Below are positions 53,560 through 64,000 of a stretch of 64,000 nt of DNA, piece after piece. This DNA comes from Mobula hypostoma (taxonomy: Eukaryota): positions 201,874,001 to 201,938,000 of the forward strand of contig NC_086100.1 of NCBI RefSeq assembly GCF_963921235.1, written 5' to 3'. Numbering within the stretch: position 1 is the stretch's first letter; each line of letters starts with the position of its first letter. Under the pieces are notes generated by a model that saw nothing but the letters and a program-made list of their open reading frames with translations, ran no database searches and was not told where the DNA came from. The position numbers were made by a program, and so were the translations under genes.

Positions 53560-54370
53560 ATAAGGTGCCTCACACGAGGCTGCTTAACAAAATAAAATCC
53601 TATGACATTACAGGAAAGATACTGGCATGGATGGAGCAATGGCTGACAGGCGAGGCAGCGAGTGGGAATAAAAGGGGCCTTTTCTGGTGGCTTGCCGGTG
53701 ACCAGTTGTGTTCCTTGGGGGTTGGAACCGCTACTTTTCACATTGTTTGTCAGTGATTTAGATAATGAAATCGATGGCTTTTTGGCAAAGTTTGCGGATG
53801 ATACGAAGATAGGTGGAGGGGTAGGTAGTGCTGAGGAAGCAATGCGATTGTAGCAGGACATAGACAAATTGGAAGAATGGGCAAAAAAGTGGCAGATGGA
53901 ATACAGTGTTGGGAAATGTATGATGATGCATTTTGATAAAGGGAACAATAGTGCAGACTGTTATCTAAATGGGGAGAAGGTTCAAACATCAGAGATGCAG
54001 AGGGACTGGGGAGTCCTCGTGCAATACCACCAGAAGGTTAATTTGCTGGTTGAGTCTGTGGTTAAGAAGGCAAATGCAATGTTGGCATTTATTTAAAAAC
54101 AAGGAAATAATGTTCAGCTTTTATAAGATGCTAGTCAGGCTGCACAGAGTATTGTGAACAGTTTTGGGTCCTATCTGAGAAAGGATGTGTTGTCGTTGGA
54201 GAGACTCCAGAGGAGGTTCACAAGGATAATTCCGGGAATGAAGGGGTTAACCTATGAGGAGCATTTGGAGGTTTTGGGTCTGTACTCACTGGAATTTAGA
54301 AGAATGCGTGGGATCTCATTGAAATCTACAGAATGTTGAAAAGACTAGATAGGGTGGATGTGGAGAGACT
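53560..54370 (+). mobile_element. Decayed CR1 RT fragment
   Basis: KVPHTRLLNKIK..; VTSCVPWG..LLFTLFVSDLD..KFADDTKIGG; WAKKWQMEYSVGKC; LGLYSLEFRRMRG. Confidence 0.9.
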
Positions 54371-55975
54371 CCCTTTCCCCCTGGACTGTGTGTAACTTGG
54401 CCCCAGTGTGTGTCTCCCTCTCCCCTGGACTGTGTGTAACTTGGCCCCAGTGTGTGTCTCCCTCTCCCCTGGACTGTGTGTAACTTGGCCCCAGTGTGTG
54501 TCTCTCTCTCCCCTGGACTGTGTGTAACTTGACCCCAGTGTGTGTCTCCCTCTCTCCTGATCGTTGTGTAACTTGACCCCAGTGTGTGTCTCCCTCTCCC
54601 CTGGACTGTGTGTAACTTGGCCCCAGTGTGTGTCTCCCTCTCCCCTGGACTGTGTGTAACTTGGCCCCAGTGTGTGTCTCTCTCTCCCCTGGACTGTGTG
54701 TAACTTGACCCCAGTGTGTGTCTCCCTCTCTCCTGATCGTTGTGTAACTTGACCCCAGTGTGTGTCTCCCTCTCTCCTGATCGATGTGTAACTTGACCCC
54801 AGTGTGTGTCTCCCTCTCCCCTGGACTGTGTGTGACTTGACCCCAGTGTGTGTCTCCCTCTCCCCGGACTGTGTGTGACTTGACCCCAGTGTGTGTCTCC
54901 CTCTCCCCGGACTGTGTGTGACTTGACCCCAGTGTGTGTCTCCCTCTCCCCTGGACTGTGTGTAACTTGACCCCAGTGTGTGTCTCCCTCTCCCCTGGAC
55001 TGTGTGTGACTTGACCCCAGTGTGTGTCTCCCTCTCCCCTGGACTGTGTGTGACTTGACCCCAGTGTGTGTCTCCCTCTCCCTGGACTGTGTGTGACTTG
55101 ACCCCAGTGTGTGTCTCCCTCTCCCCTGGACTGTGTGTGACTTGACCCCAGTGTGTGTCTCCCTCTCCCTGGACTGTGTGTAACTTGACCCCAGTGTGTG
55201 TCTCCCTCTCCCCTGGACTGTGTGTGACTTGACCCCAGTGTGTGTCTCCCTCTCCCCTGGACTGTGTGTGACTTGACCCCAGTGTGTGTCTCCCTCTCCC
55301 CTGGACTGTGTGTGACTTGACCCCAGTGTGTGTCTCCCTCTCCCTGGACTGTGTGTGACTTGACCCCAGTGTGTGTCTCCCTCTCCCCTGGACTGTGTGT
55401 GACTTGACCCCAGTGTGTGTCTCCCTCTCCCCTGGACTGTGTGTGACTTGACCCCAGTGTGTGTCTCCCTCTCCCCTGGACTGTGTGTGACTTGACCCCA
55501 GTGTGTGTCTCCCTCTCCCCTGGACTGTGTGCGACTTGACCCCAGTGTGTGTCTCCCTCTCCCCTGGAGTGTGTGTAACTTGACCCCAGTGTGTGTCTCC
55601 CTCTCCCCTGGACTGTGTGTGACTTGACCCCAGTGTGTGTCTCCCTCTCCCCTGGACTGTGTGTGACTTGACCCCAGTGTGTGTCTCCCTCTCCCCTGGA
55701 CTGTGTGTGACTTGACCCCAGTGTGTGTCTCCCTCTCCCCTGGACTGTGTGTGACTTGACCCCAGTGTGTGTCTCCCTCTCCCCTGGACTGTGTGTGACT
55801 TGACCCCAGTGTGTGTCTCCCTCTCCCCTGGACTGTGTGTGACTTGACCCCAGTGTGTGTCTCCCTCTCCCCTGGAGTGTGTGTAACTTGACCCCAGTGT
55901 GTGTCTCCCTCTCCCCTGGACTGTGTGTGACTTGACCCCAGTGTGTGTCTCCCTCTCCCCTGGACTGTGTGTGAC
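54371..55975. repeat. 44-bp minisatellite (GACTTGACCCCAGTGTGTGTCTCCCTCTCCCCTGGACTGTGTGT), about 36 copies
   Basis: Period 55621->55665; ends 30 nt before the next exon. Confidence 0.95.
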
Positions 55976-56005
55976 ATTCTGGATCTGAACCCCATCTCTC
56001 GGCAG

Positions 56006-56158
56006 GCAATCGAAATGGAGCTGCGCCAGATGGAAGTCCAGCAGGCGAACCGTCATGTCTCACTGCTAACCTCCTTCATGCCCGATTTCTTCCTGCGTCA
56101 CGGTGGGGACCACGACTCCATCCTCGTCCTACTGCTCATCCCACGGCTCATCTGCAAG
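56006..56158 (+). CDS. DCTN1: DCTN1 exon, 153 nt: [51 protein letters not shown]
   Basis: GGCAG|GCA..TGCAAG|GTGGGT; GGDHD motif of the dynactin domain. Confidence 0.97.
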
Positions 56159-56463
56159 GTGGGTGAGGCTCATGGGGATGTAGACTAGGGAGGCAGTGGG
56201 GCGGAGGGGAAGGGTGAGGTGGGATGAGTTGAGCATGTGGGGTGGAGGTGATTGGGAGGGGATGGATGTAGAGCCGGAGAGAGATGTGGTTGGGAGGGGA
56301 AAGGAGGAGGAGTGGGCTGTGGGGATGGGAAGGGAGGAATGTGAGGCAGAGTGATGATGATGGTATGGATGGGACGAGAAAGTATGAGGTGTGGGGAGGA
56401 GGGAAATGGGGGGAGGTTGTGGTGGCAGGGAGCGGCTGGGCTAACTGCTATGTCTGTCTCAAG

Positions 56464-56624
56464 GCTGAGCTGATCAGCAGGCAGGCTCAGGAGCGTTTCG
56501 AGCTGAACGAAGATTACAGCCAGCGTCCCGGACTGCGGGGGGCTGCGGGCGAACAGCTGAGCTTTGGGGCCGGGCTCGTCTATTCCCTCACTCTGCTGCA
56601 GGCTACGCTGCATAAATACCAGCA
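56464..56624 (+). CDS. DCTN1: DCTN1 exon, 161 nt: [53 protein letters not shown](Q)
   Basis: TCTCAAG|GCT..CAGCA|GTGAGT, phase 0 to 2. Confidence 0.96.
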
Positions 56625-56893
56625 GTGAGTACCTCGCCCCTCGTACGCAAGTCTTAGCCCCGTAACACAGTCCAGGCTGTTGTTCAGAGGTCATGGCCAT
56701 GGTGAGGGGTTAAAGGTCCTGTAGGCCCTTCCCTCACAACCCGGCCAAATGTGAAGTGTTGCACGTTGGTTGGTCAAATGTAAAGTGACGGTACACTGTG
56801 ATGAACAGTGGGAAGTTGCTACACAGGTTGAGGGGGGTTAGGGATGCATATGCCATACTTGCCTTTATTCGCCAAGAAATTGAGTTCAAGAGA

Positions 56894-58060
56894 CCATAAG
56901 ACATAGGAGCAGAAATAGGCCATTCGGCCCATCAAGTCTTCTCCGTCATTTCATCGTGGCTGATTTATTATCCCTCTCAAGTCCTCCCTTCTTCCCAAAA
57001 CCTTTGACACCCTGACTAATCAAAAACCTATCAACATGTGCTTTAAATAAACCTCCAGAGTGGTGATGAATTACACAGATCCAGCACCCGCTGTCTTAAG
57101 TCTTCCTCATCTCTGTTCTAAATAAATGACCCTCCATTCTGAGGCTGTGCTCTCACACCATTGGAAACGTCCTCTCCACATCCACTCCATCATTGGAAAT
57201 ATCCTCTCCACATCCACTCCACCATTGGAAACGTCCTCTCCACATCCACTCCATCATTGGAAACATCCTCTCCACCATTGGAAACATCCTCTCCACATCC
57301 ACTCCATCATTGGAAACATCCTCTCCACATCCACTCCATCATTGGAAACATCCTCTCCACATCCACTCCATCATTGGAAATATCCTCTTCACATCCACTC
57401 CACCATTGGAAACATCCTCTCCACATCCACTCCACCATTGGAAATATCCTCTCCACATCCATTCCACCATTGGAAATATCCTCTCCACATCCACTCCACC
57501 ATTGGAAATATCCTCTCCACATCCACTCCACCATTGGAAACACCCTCTCCACATCCACTCCATCATTGGAAATGTCCTCTCCACCATTGGAAACGTCCTC
57601 TCCACATCCACTCCACCATTGGAAACATCCTCTCCACATCCACTCCACCATTGGAAATGTCCTCTCCACATCCACTCCACCATTGGAAACACCCTCTCCA
57701 CATCCACTCCACCATTGGAAACACCCTCTCCACATCCACTCCACCATTGGAAACGTCCTCTCCACATCCACTCCACCATTGGAAACGTCCTGTCCACATC
57801 CACTCCATCATTGGAAACATCCTCTCCACATCCACTCCACCATTGGAAACGTCCTCTCCACATCCACTCCACCATTGGAAACGTCCTGTCCACATCCACT
57901 CCATCATTGGAAACGTCCTCTCCACATCCACTCCATCCAGGCCTTTCAATGGGATCCTCCTTCATTCTTCTAAACTCCAGCGAGTACAGGCCCAGAGCCA
58001 TTAAGCACTACTCATATGTCAACCCTATTATTCGCGTGAACCTCTTCTGGATCTTCTCAA
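56894..58060 (-). mobile_element. CR1 3' end containing an internally expanded minisatellite
   Basis: Tail CCATAAGACATAGGAGCAGAAATAGGCCATTCGGCCC; ORF piece ALGLYSLEFRRMK. Confidence 0.8.
57157..57935. repeat. 32-bp minisatellite (CATTGGAAACATCCTCTCCACATCCACTCCAC), about 24 copies, derived from CR1 ORF2
   Basis: Period 57191->57223; the minus strand reads GVDVERMFPM. Confidence 0.93.
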
Positions 58061-58313
58061 CAAGTTTTGTTGCAACTTTATAAAGTTAGGCTATATCTAG
58101 AGTATTGCTTACAATTTTGGTTCCCCCCATTATATGAAGGATGTTGAGGCTTTGGAGAGGGTGCAGAAGAGATTTAGCAGAATGCTGCCTGTATTAGAGG
58201 GCGGGTGATATAATGATGAGTTTGGACAAACTTGGGTTGCTTTCTCAGTAACAGTGGATGCTGAGATATTGATAAATGTTGATAAGAATATGAAAGGCAC
58301 ATATAGCGTAGAC

Positions 58314-59057
58314 CAGGGGTCCCCAACCTTTTTTGCACTGTGGATCAGTTTAATATTGACAATATTCTTGCGGACCGGTCAACGGGCTGGGGGTGGTGTT
58401 CCAGTAGGGTTAAACTCACCTCAACATGTCTTTTACAGTCAGGGTTGCCAACTTTCTCACTCCCAAATAAGGGACAAAAGTAGCAGTCAAATCCCGGGAC
58501 ACTTTACCCCAGGAAAGACTACCATGACCCATGAAGCCTTGTGCGGGCACCTGTGTGCGCGTACCTGCCGTGCGCATGCACCTACGTGCCGATTTCTTTT
58601 CCCCACAAATCGGTTTTGCCTTCATCTTCCCGATTATACTGTACATACATTATTTCTACTTTATATAGGCTGCACTTATATAATTCTTGCTTTTACTATA
58701 TGTTAATGTTATTTATTTTCAGTTTTGTGTGTTATTTGGTATGATTTGTTAGGTTATTTTTTTGGGTCTGGGAACGCTCAAAATTTTTCCCATATAAATT
58801 AATGGTAATTGTTTCTTCACTTCACGCCATTTCGGCACGTAAGGTTTCATAGGAACGCTCTACCTTCGCGGGGGAAATACGGGACAAACCAATTTCGCCC
58901 AATATACAGAATGTCCTGGCAAATACGGGGCAGTTGGCAACCCTATGTTCAAGTTCAACAGTGCGTGACAGGGAATGAGGAAAGGAGCAGCTGACTCATA
59001 TCGTTTCCTCACGGCCCAGTAGCACATGCTTTGTGGCCCGGTGGTTGGGGACCGCTG
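58314..59057. mobile_element. Non-autonomous hAT (Charlie-like) element
   Basis: TIRs CAGGGGTCCCCAACC / GGTTGGGGACCGCTG (14/15); 8-bp TSD GCGTAGAC (58306-58313) / GAGTAGAC (59058-59065), 7/8. Confidence 0.88.
58405..58945. mobile_element. Nested non-autonomous hAT (Tip100-like termini)
   Basis: Right end AGTTGGCAACCCTA (58932-58945) pairs with CAGGGTTGCCAACT (58440) and with TAGGGTT (58405); TSD TGTTCCAG / TGTTCAAG, 7/8. Confidence 0.7.
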
Positions 59058-59409
59058 GAGTAGACGGATCGTATCTTTCTCCCAGGGTTGAAATGTCTAG
59101 TACATGAGGACATGCATTTAAAGTGGGGGGGGGGGGTAATTTCAAGGGAGACGTGAAAGGGCAAGTTTTTTACACAGAGGAAGGTGGGTGCTTGGAATGC
59201 ACCGGCTGGGTGATGGCAGAGACAGATTGGTTATGGACTTTGTAGGGACATTTAGATAGGCACATGAATGTGAGGAAAATGGAAGGATATGGACACTGTG
59301 TAAGTAGAAGGGATTAGTTCGGCTTAGTTGGCCTCTCATTTATTTGGTTCAGCAAAACATTATGGGTCAAGGGTCAGGGGCTGTTCCTCTGCTATACTGT
59401 TCCACAGTA

Positions 59410-60324
59410 CAGTTGGCCCGTCTTATCCACGAGTTCCGCATGCGCGAATTCAACCAACCTCGAGTCGAGAAAACCCGGAGTGCTCTTCCAGCACTTGTTG
59501 TTCAAACATGTACAGACTTTTTTTTATTGTCATTATTCCCTAAACAATGCAGTATAACAGCCATTTTACGTAGCATTTACATTGTGTTAGGTATTATAAG
59601 TAATCTAGAGATGATTTAAATATACGGGAGGATGTGCGTAGGTTATTGTGGATTGGGATCGAAAAAAAAAACTGGAAGTTCTCTTACTAAGTAAGTAGGA
59701 ACAGGTACATCCGGTATTATTTAGCATCAGTTAGTCAAACGTTTGTCTTAGTACATAGCATATATTTTACCTTTCTAGGCATATAAAACACTTATGAAAT
59801 GTATGTTTCAGTGCTGGGCTCGGGAACGGAAATTTCCGAGTTCGATCCAGTGACAGATCGCTCCCAAGCGCACTCTCCATCCGTGCCAGGTTGATGTGGA
59901 GGATCAAAACCCCAAAACCCAATAGTTAAACCCCTGCGTTGCTTAGTAATAATTGTAGCTTTCATGGGGCAGGGCTTTTCTCACTTTATCCTTTAAAATT
60001 GTTCCGATCATTGACTGACTGTAGCCTAAAGCTTTTCCAATGACCGATGGCGTTTCACCTCTTTCCAATCGCTTTATTATTTCCACTTTATTTTAAATCG
60101 CGATCGTGATTATTTTTGTGAACAGAAACACTGCGGATTCAGAGCTCCGCCGCCGGGTCCTAATGCCCACTGCACTGAGACAGGTTAAATAAGGTCCGGG
60201 GTTCTGCTGGGTCCTTAGGTCCACTGTATTGAGACAGGTTGAATAAGTGACTTAAGCATCTGCGTTTTTTAGTATCCGTGAGGGATCCCGGAACCAATCC
60301 CTCGCGGATAAGGAGGGCTGAATG
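59410..60324 (-). mobile_element. Tc1/mariner-pogo (Tigger/MER2-like) internally deleted DNA transposon
   Basis: TA on both flanks; 24-bp TIRs CAGTTGGCCCGTCTTATCCACGAG / CTCGCGGATAAGGAGGGCTGAATG (18/24). Minus strand ~60095-59985 reads NKVEIIKRLERGETPSVIGKALGYSQSMIGTILKDK, a CENP-B-type HTH of pogo transposases. Confidence 0.88.
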
Positions 60325-60451
60325 TATGTTCCAAATATGGGTCAAGATCAGAGGTCCAGGATTGGGAGTTTACAGGGATAGGTGTTGGGGATCAGAGGAG
60401 CCCAGGGTCAGGGCTCGAATATTGTGTCTGCTGATTGTTTGTTGTTTCCAG

Positions 60452-60620
60452 GGCCCTGGAACAGTGCAGTGTGGATGTTTATAAACGGATTGGCGGCCTT
60501 TATGCAGAGATGAGTGTGCACGAGAGGTCACTTGATTCCCTGATCGAGCTGCTGCACCGAGACCAGCTCGACGAGACAGTCAACGTGGAGCCTCTGACCA
60601 AGGCCATCAAATACTACCAG
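60452..60620 (+). CDS. DCTN1: DCTN1 exon, 169 nt: (Q)[56 protein letters not shown]
   Basis: TTTCCAG|GGCC..TACCAG|GTACTG, phase 2 to 0. The nine exons total 1341 nt, 447 codons with no stop. Confidence 0.97.
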
Positions 60621-60727
60621 GTACTGCCAGCAATCACCGTCAGCCCCTTCCCTGCCATCCACTTCCATGTCACTGCATACCCTTTCAGCCATCCCCCCAT
60701 CTACCTTTTAACCGACTGAAACACTGC

Positions 60728-60940
60728 CTTCCACTCCCTTTAAACCTACCGGGAGCCCATTTCCCACTCCCTTTAAGCCTACCGGGACCCCATTTCCCTC
60801 TTCCTTTAAACCTACCGGGACTCCATTTCCCACTCCATTTAAACCTACCGGGACCCCATTTCCCACTCCCTTTAAACCTACCGGGACTCCATTTCCCACT
60901 CCATTTAAACCTACCGGGACCCCATTTCCCACTCCATTTA
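60728..60940. repeat. 33-bp minisatellite (AAACCTACCGGGACCCCATTTCCCACTCCCTTT), about 6 copies, bounded by the CR1 tail
   Basis: Period 60841->60874. Confidence 0.9.
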
Positions 60941-63900
60941 GAAACATAGAAACATAGAAAATAGGTGCAGGAGTAGGCCATTCGGCCCTTCGAGCCTGCA
61001 CCGCCATTTATTATGATCATGGCTGATCATCCAACTCAGAACCCCGCCCCAGCCTTCCCTCCATTCCCCCTGATCCCCTTAGCCACAAGGGCCATATCTA
61101 ACTCCCTCTTCAACATAGCCAATGAACTGGCCTCAACAGTTTGCTGTGGCAGAGAATTCCACAGATTCACCACTCTCTGTGTGAAGAAGTTTTTCCTAAT
61201 CTCGGTCCTAAAAGGCTTCCCCTCTATCCTCAAACCGTGACCCCTCGTTCTGGACTTCCCCAACATCGGGAACAATCTTCCTGCATCTAGCCTGTCCAAT
61301 CCCTTCAGGATCTTATACATTTCAATCAGATCCCCCCTCAATCTTCTAAATTCCAACGAGTACAAGCCCAGTTCATCCAGTCTTTCTTCATATGAAAGTC
61401 CTGCCATCCCAGGAATCAATCTGGTGAACCTTCTTTGTACTCCCTCTATGGCAAGGATGTCTTTCCTCAGATTAGGGGACCAAAACTGCACACAATACTC
61501 CAGGTGTGGTCTCACCAAGGCCTTGTACAACTGCAGTAGTACCTCCCTGCTCCTGTACTCGAATCCTCTCGCTATAAATGCCAGCATACCATTCGCCTTT
61601 TTCACCGCCTGCTGTACCTGCATGCCCACTTTCAATGACTGGTGTATAATGACACCCAGGTCTCGTTGCACCTCCCCTTTTCCTAATCGGCCACCATTCA
61701 GATAATAATCTGTTTTCCTATTTTTGCCACCAAAGTGGATAACTTCACATTTATCCACATTAAATTGCATCTGCCATGAGTTTGCCTACTCACCCAACCT
61801 ATCCAAGTCACCCTGCATCCTCTTAGCATCCTCCTCACTGCTAACACTGCCGCCAAGCTTCGTGTCATCCGCAAACTTGGAGATGCTGCATTTAATTCCC
61901 TCATCCAAGTCATTAATATATATTGTAAACAACTGGGGTCCCAGCACTGAGCCTTGCGGTACCCCACTAGTCACCGCCTGCCATTCTGAAAAGGTCCTGT
62001 TTATTCCCACTCTTTGCTTCCTGTCTGCTAACCAATTCTCCACCCACACCAATACCTTACCCCCAATACCGTGTGCTTTAAGTTTGCACACTAATCTCCT
62101 ATGTGGGACCTTGTCAAAAGCCTTTTGAAAATCCAAATATACCACATCCACTGGTTCTCCCCTATCCACTCTACTAGTTACATCCTCAAAAAATTCTGAG
62201 ATTCGTCAGACATGATTTTCCTTTCACAAATCCATGCTGACTTTGACCGATCATTTCTCCACTTTCCAAATGTGCTGTTATCACATCCTTGATAACTGAC
62301 TCCAGCAGTTTCCCCACCACCGACGTTAGGCTAACCGGTCTATAATTCCCCGGTTTCTCTCTCCCTCCTTTTTTAAAAATTGGGGTTACATTAGCCACCC
62401 TCCAATCCTCAGGAACTAGTCCAGAATCTAACGAGTTTTGAAAAATTATCACTAATGCATCCACTATTTCTTGGGCTACTTCCTTAAGCACTCTAGGATG
62501 CAGACCATCTGGCCCTGGGGATTTATCTGCCTTCAATCCCTTCAATTTACCTAACACCACTTCCCTACTAACATGTATTTCACTCAGTTCCTCCATCTCA
62601 CTGGACCCTCTGTCCCTTACTATTTCTGGAAGATTATTTATGTCCTCCTTAGTGAAGACAGAACCAAAGTAATCATTCAATTGGTCTGCCATGTCCTTGC
62701 TCCCCATAATCAATTCACCTGTTTCTGTCTGGAGGGGACCTACATTTGTCTTTACCAGTCTTTTCCTTTTTACATATCTATAAAAGCTTTTACAGTCCGT
62801 TTTTATGTTCTTTGCCAGTTTTCTCTCATAATCTTTTTTCCCCTTCCTAATTAAGCCCTTTGTCCTCCTCTGCTGAACTCTGAATTCCTCCCAGTCCTCA
62901 GGTGAGCCACTTTCTCTGGCTAATTTGTATGCTACTTCTTTGGAATTGATACTATCCCTAATTTCTCTTGTCAGCCACGGGTGCACTACCTTCCTTGATT
63001 TATTCTTTTGCCAAACTGGGATGAACAATTGTTGTAGTTCATCCATGCAACCTTTAAATGCTTGCCATTGCATATCCACCATCAATCCTTTAAGTGTCAT
63101 TTGCCAGTCTATCTTAGCTAATTCACGTCTCATACCTTCAAAGTTCCCCTTCTTTAAGTTCAGAACCTTTGTTTCTGAATTAACTATGTCACTCTCCATC
63201 GTAATGAAGAAGTCGACCATATTATGGTCACTCTTACCCAAGGGGCCTCTCACGACAAGATCGCTAATTAACCCTTCCTCATTGCTCAAAACCCAGTCCA
63301 GAATAGCCTGCTCTGTAGTTGGTTCCTCGACATGTTGGTTCAAAAAACCATCCCGCATACATTCCAAGAAATCCTCTTCCTCAGCACCTTTACCAATTTG
63401 GTTCACCCAGTCTACATGTAGATTGAAGTCACCCATTATAACTGCTGTTCCTTTATTGCACACATTTCTAATTTCCTGTTTAATACCATCTCCGACCTCA
63501 CTACTACTGTTAGGTGGCCTGTACACAACTCCCACCAGCGTCTTCTGCCCCTTAGTGTTACGCAGCTCTACCCATATCAATTCCACATCTTCCCGGCTTA
63601 TGTCCTTCCTTTCTATTGCGTTAATCTCTTCTTTAACCAGCAACGCCACCCCACCTCCCCTTCCTTCATGTCTATCCCTCCTGAATATTGAATATCCCTG
63701 AACGTTGAGCTCCCATCCCTGGTCACCCTGGAGCCATGTCTCTGTGATCCCAACTATATCATAATCATTAATAACAATCTGCACTTTCAATTCATCCACC
63801 TTATTACGAATGCTCCTTGCATTGACACATAAAGCCTTCAGGCGCTCTTTTACAACTCTCTTAGCCCTTGTACAATTATGTTGAAAAGTGGCCCTTTTTA

Positions 63901-64000
63901 ATGCTTGCCCTGGATTTGTCGGCCTGCCACTTTTACTTTTCTCCTTTGTACTTTTTGCTTCTACCCTCACTTTACACCCCTCTGTCTCTCTGCACTGGTT
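60939..64000 (-). mobile_element. Young CR1 LINE with near-intact ORF2 (APE endonuclease and reverse transcriptase), continuing beyond the window
   Basis: [70 protein letters not shown]; 3' tail (TTTCTATG)n at 60939-60960. One frameshift (~62197) and one stop (61786-61788). Confidence 0.96.

Larger units (their letters stand above)
56740..59402 (+). mobile_element. Old + strand CR1 3' portion, fragmented (56740-56893, ~58068-58313, 59058-59402) by later insertions
   Basis: AKCEVLHV..AYAILAFI..EFK, resuming LQLYK..LEYC..ALERVQKRFSRMLP, then FLPRVEMS..GHAFKV..FFTQR and a tail-like end. Confidence 0.68.

Noticed and set aside
54316..56063. Three ~570-aa minus-strand ORFs
   Set aside because: All three frames of a 44-bp tandem repeat are open, which is an artefact.
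36912..60620. DCTN1 as a pseudogene
   Set aside because: All nine exons have AG/GT ends, compatible phases and no stops.
62573..63701. + strand ORFs (93 and 258 aa), and similar antisense ORFs over other CR1 copies
   Set aside because: They are antisense shadows of CR1 ORF2 with no recognisable protein features.
61036..63970. RT as a retron, DGR or other novel RT system, or a programmed frameshift/readthrough
   Set aside because: APE endonuclease plus CR1-type RT and an octamer tail identify an ordinary CR1 LINE; the lesions fall in conserved motifs and look like random decay.

Overview
Vertebrate nuclear DNA, not prokaryotic. The CR1/Rex-Babar LINE content and CR1 tail types suggest a cartilaginous fish (inference). 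The only host gene is a + strand run of nine consecutive coding exons of DCTN1 (dynactin subunit 1, p150Glued) at 36912-60620. All have AG/GT boundaries and splice in frame to 447 codons; the gene's 5' and 3' exons are not in the window. Positions 1-34288 hold two unrelated satellite arrays (63-bp and ~43-52-bp monomers) separated by a 200-N gap. The introns contain at least nine different minisatellites, many decayed and nested CR1 and Rex1/Babar LINEs, nested hAT-type MITEs, a MER2/Tigger-like pogo element and a near-intact CR1 ORF2. Nearly all long ORFs in the track are repeat artefacts. I see no convincing new multi-gene system. The best leads are a triplicated exon-end/splice-donor unit that seeded minisatellites (one copy in frame), a MER2-like transposon resembling the mammalian element, and the higher-order, hairpin-rich, CpG-decaying 25-kb satellite.
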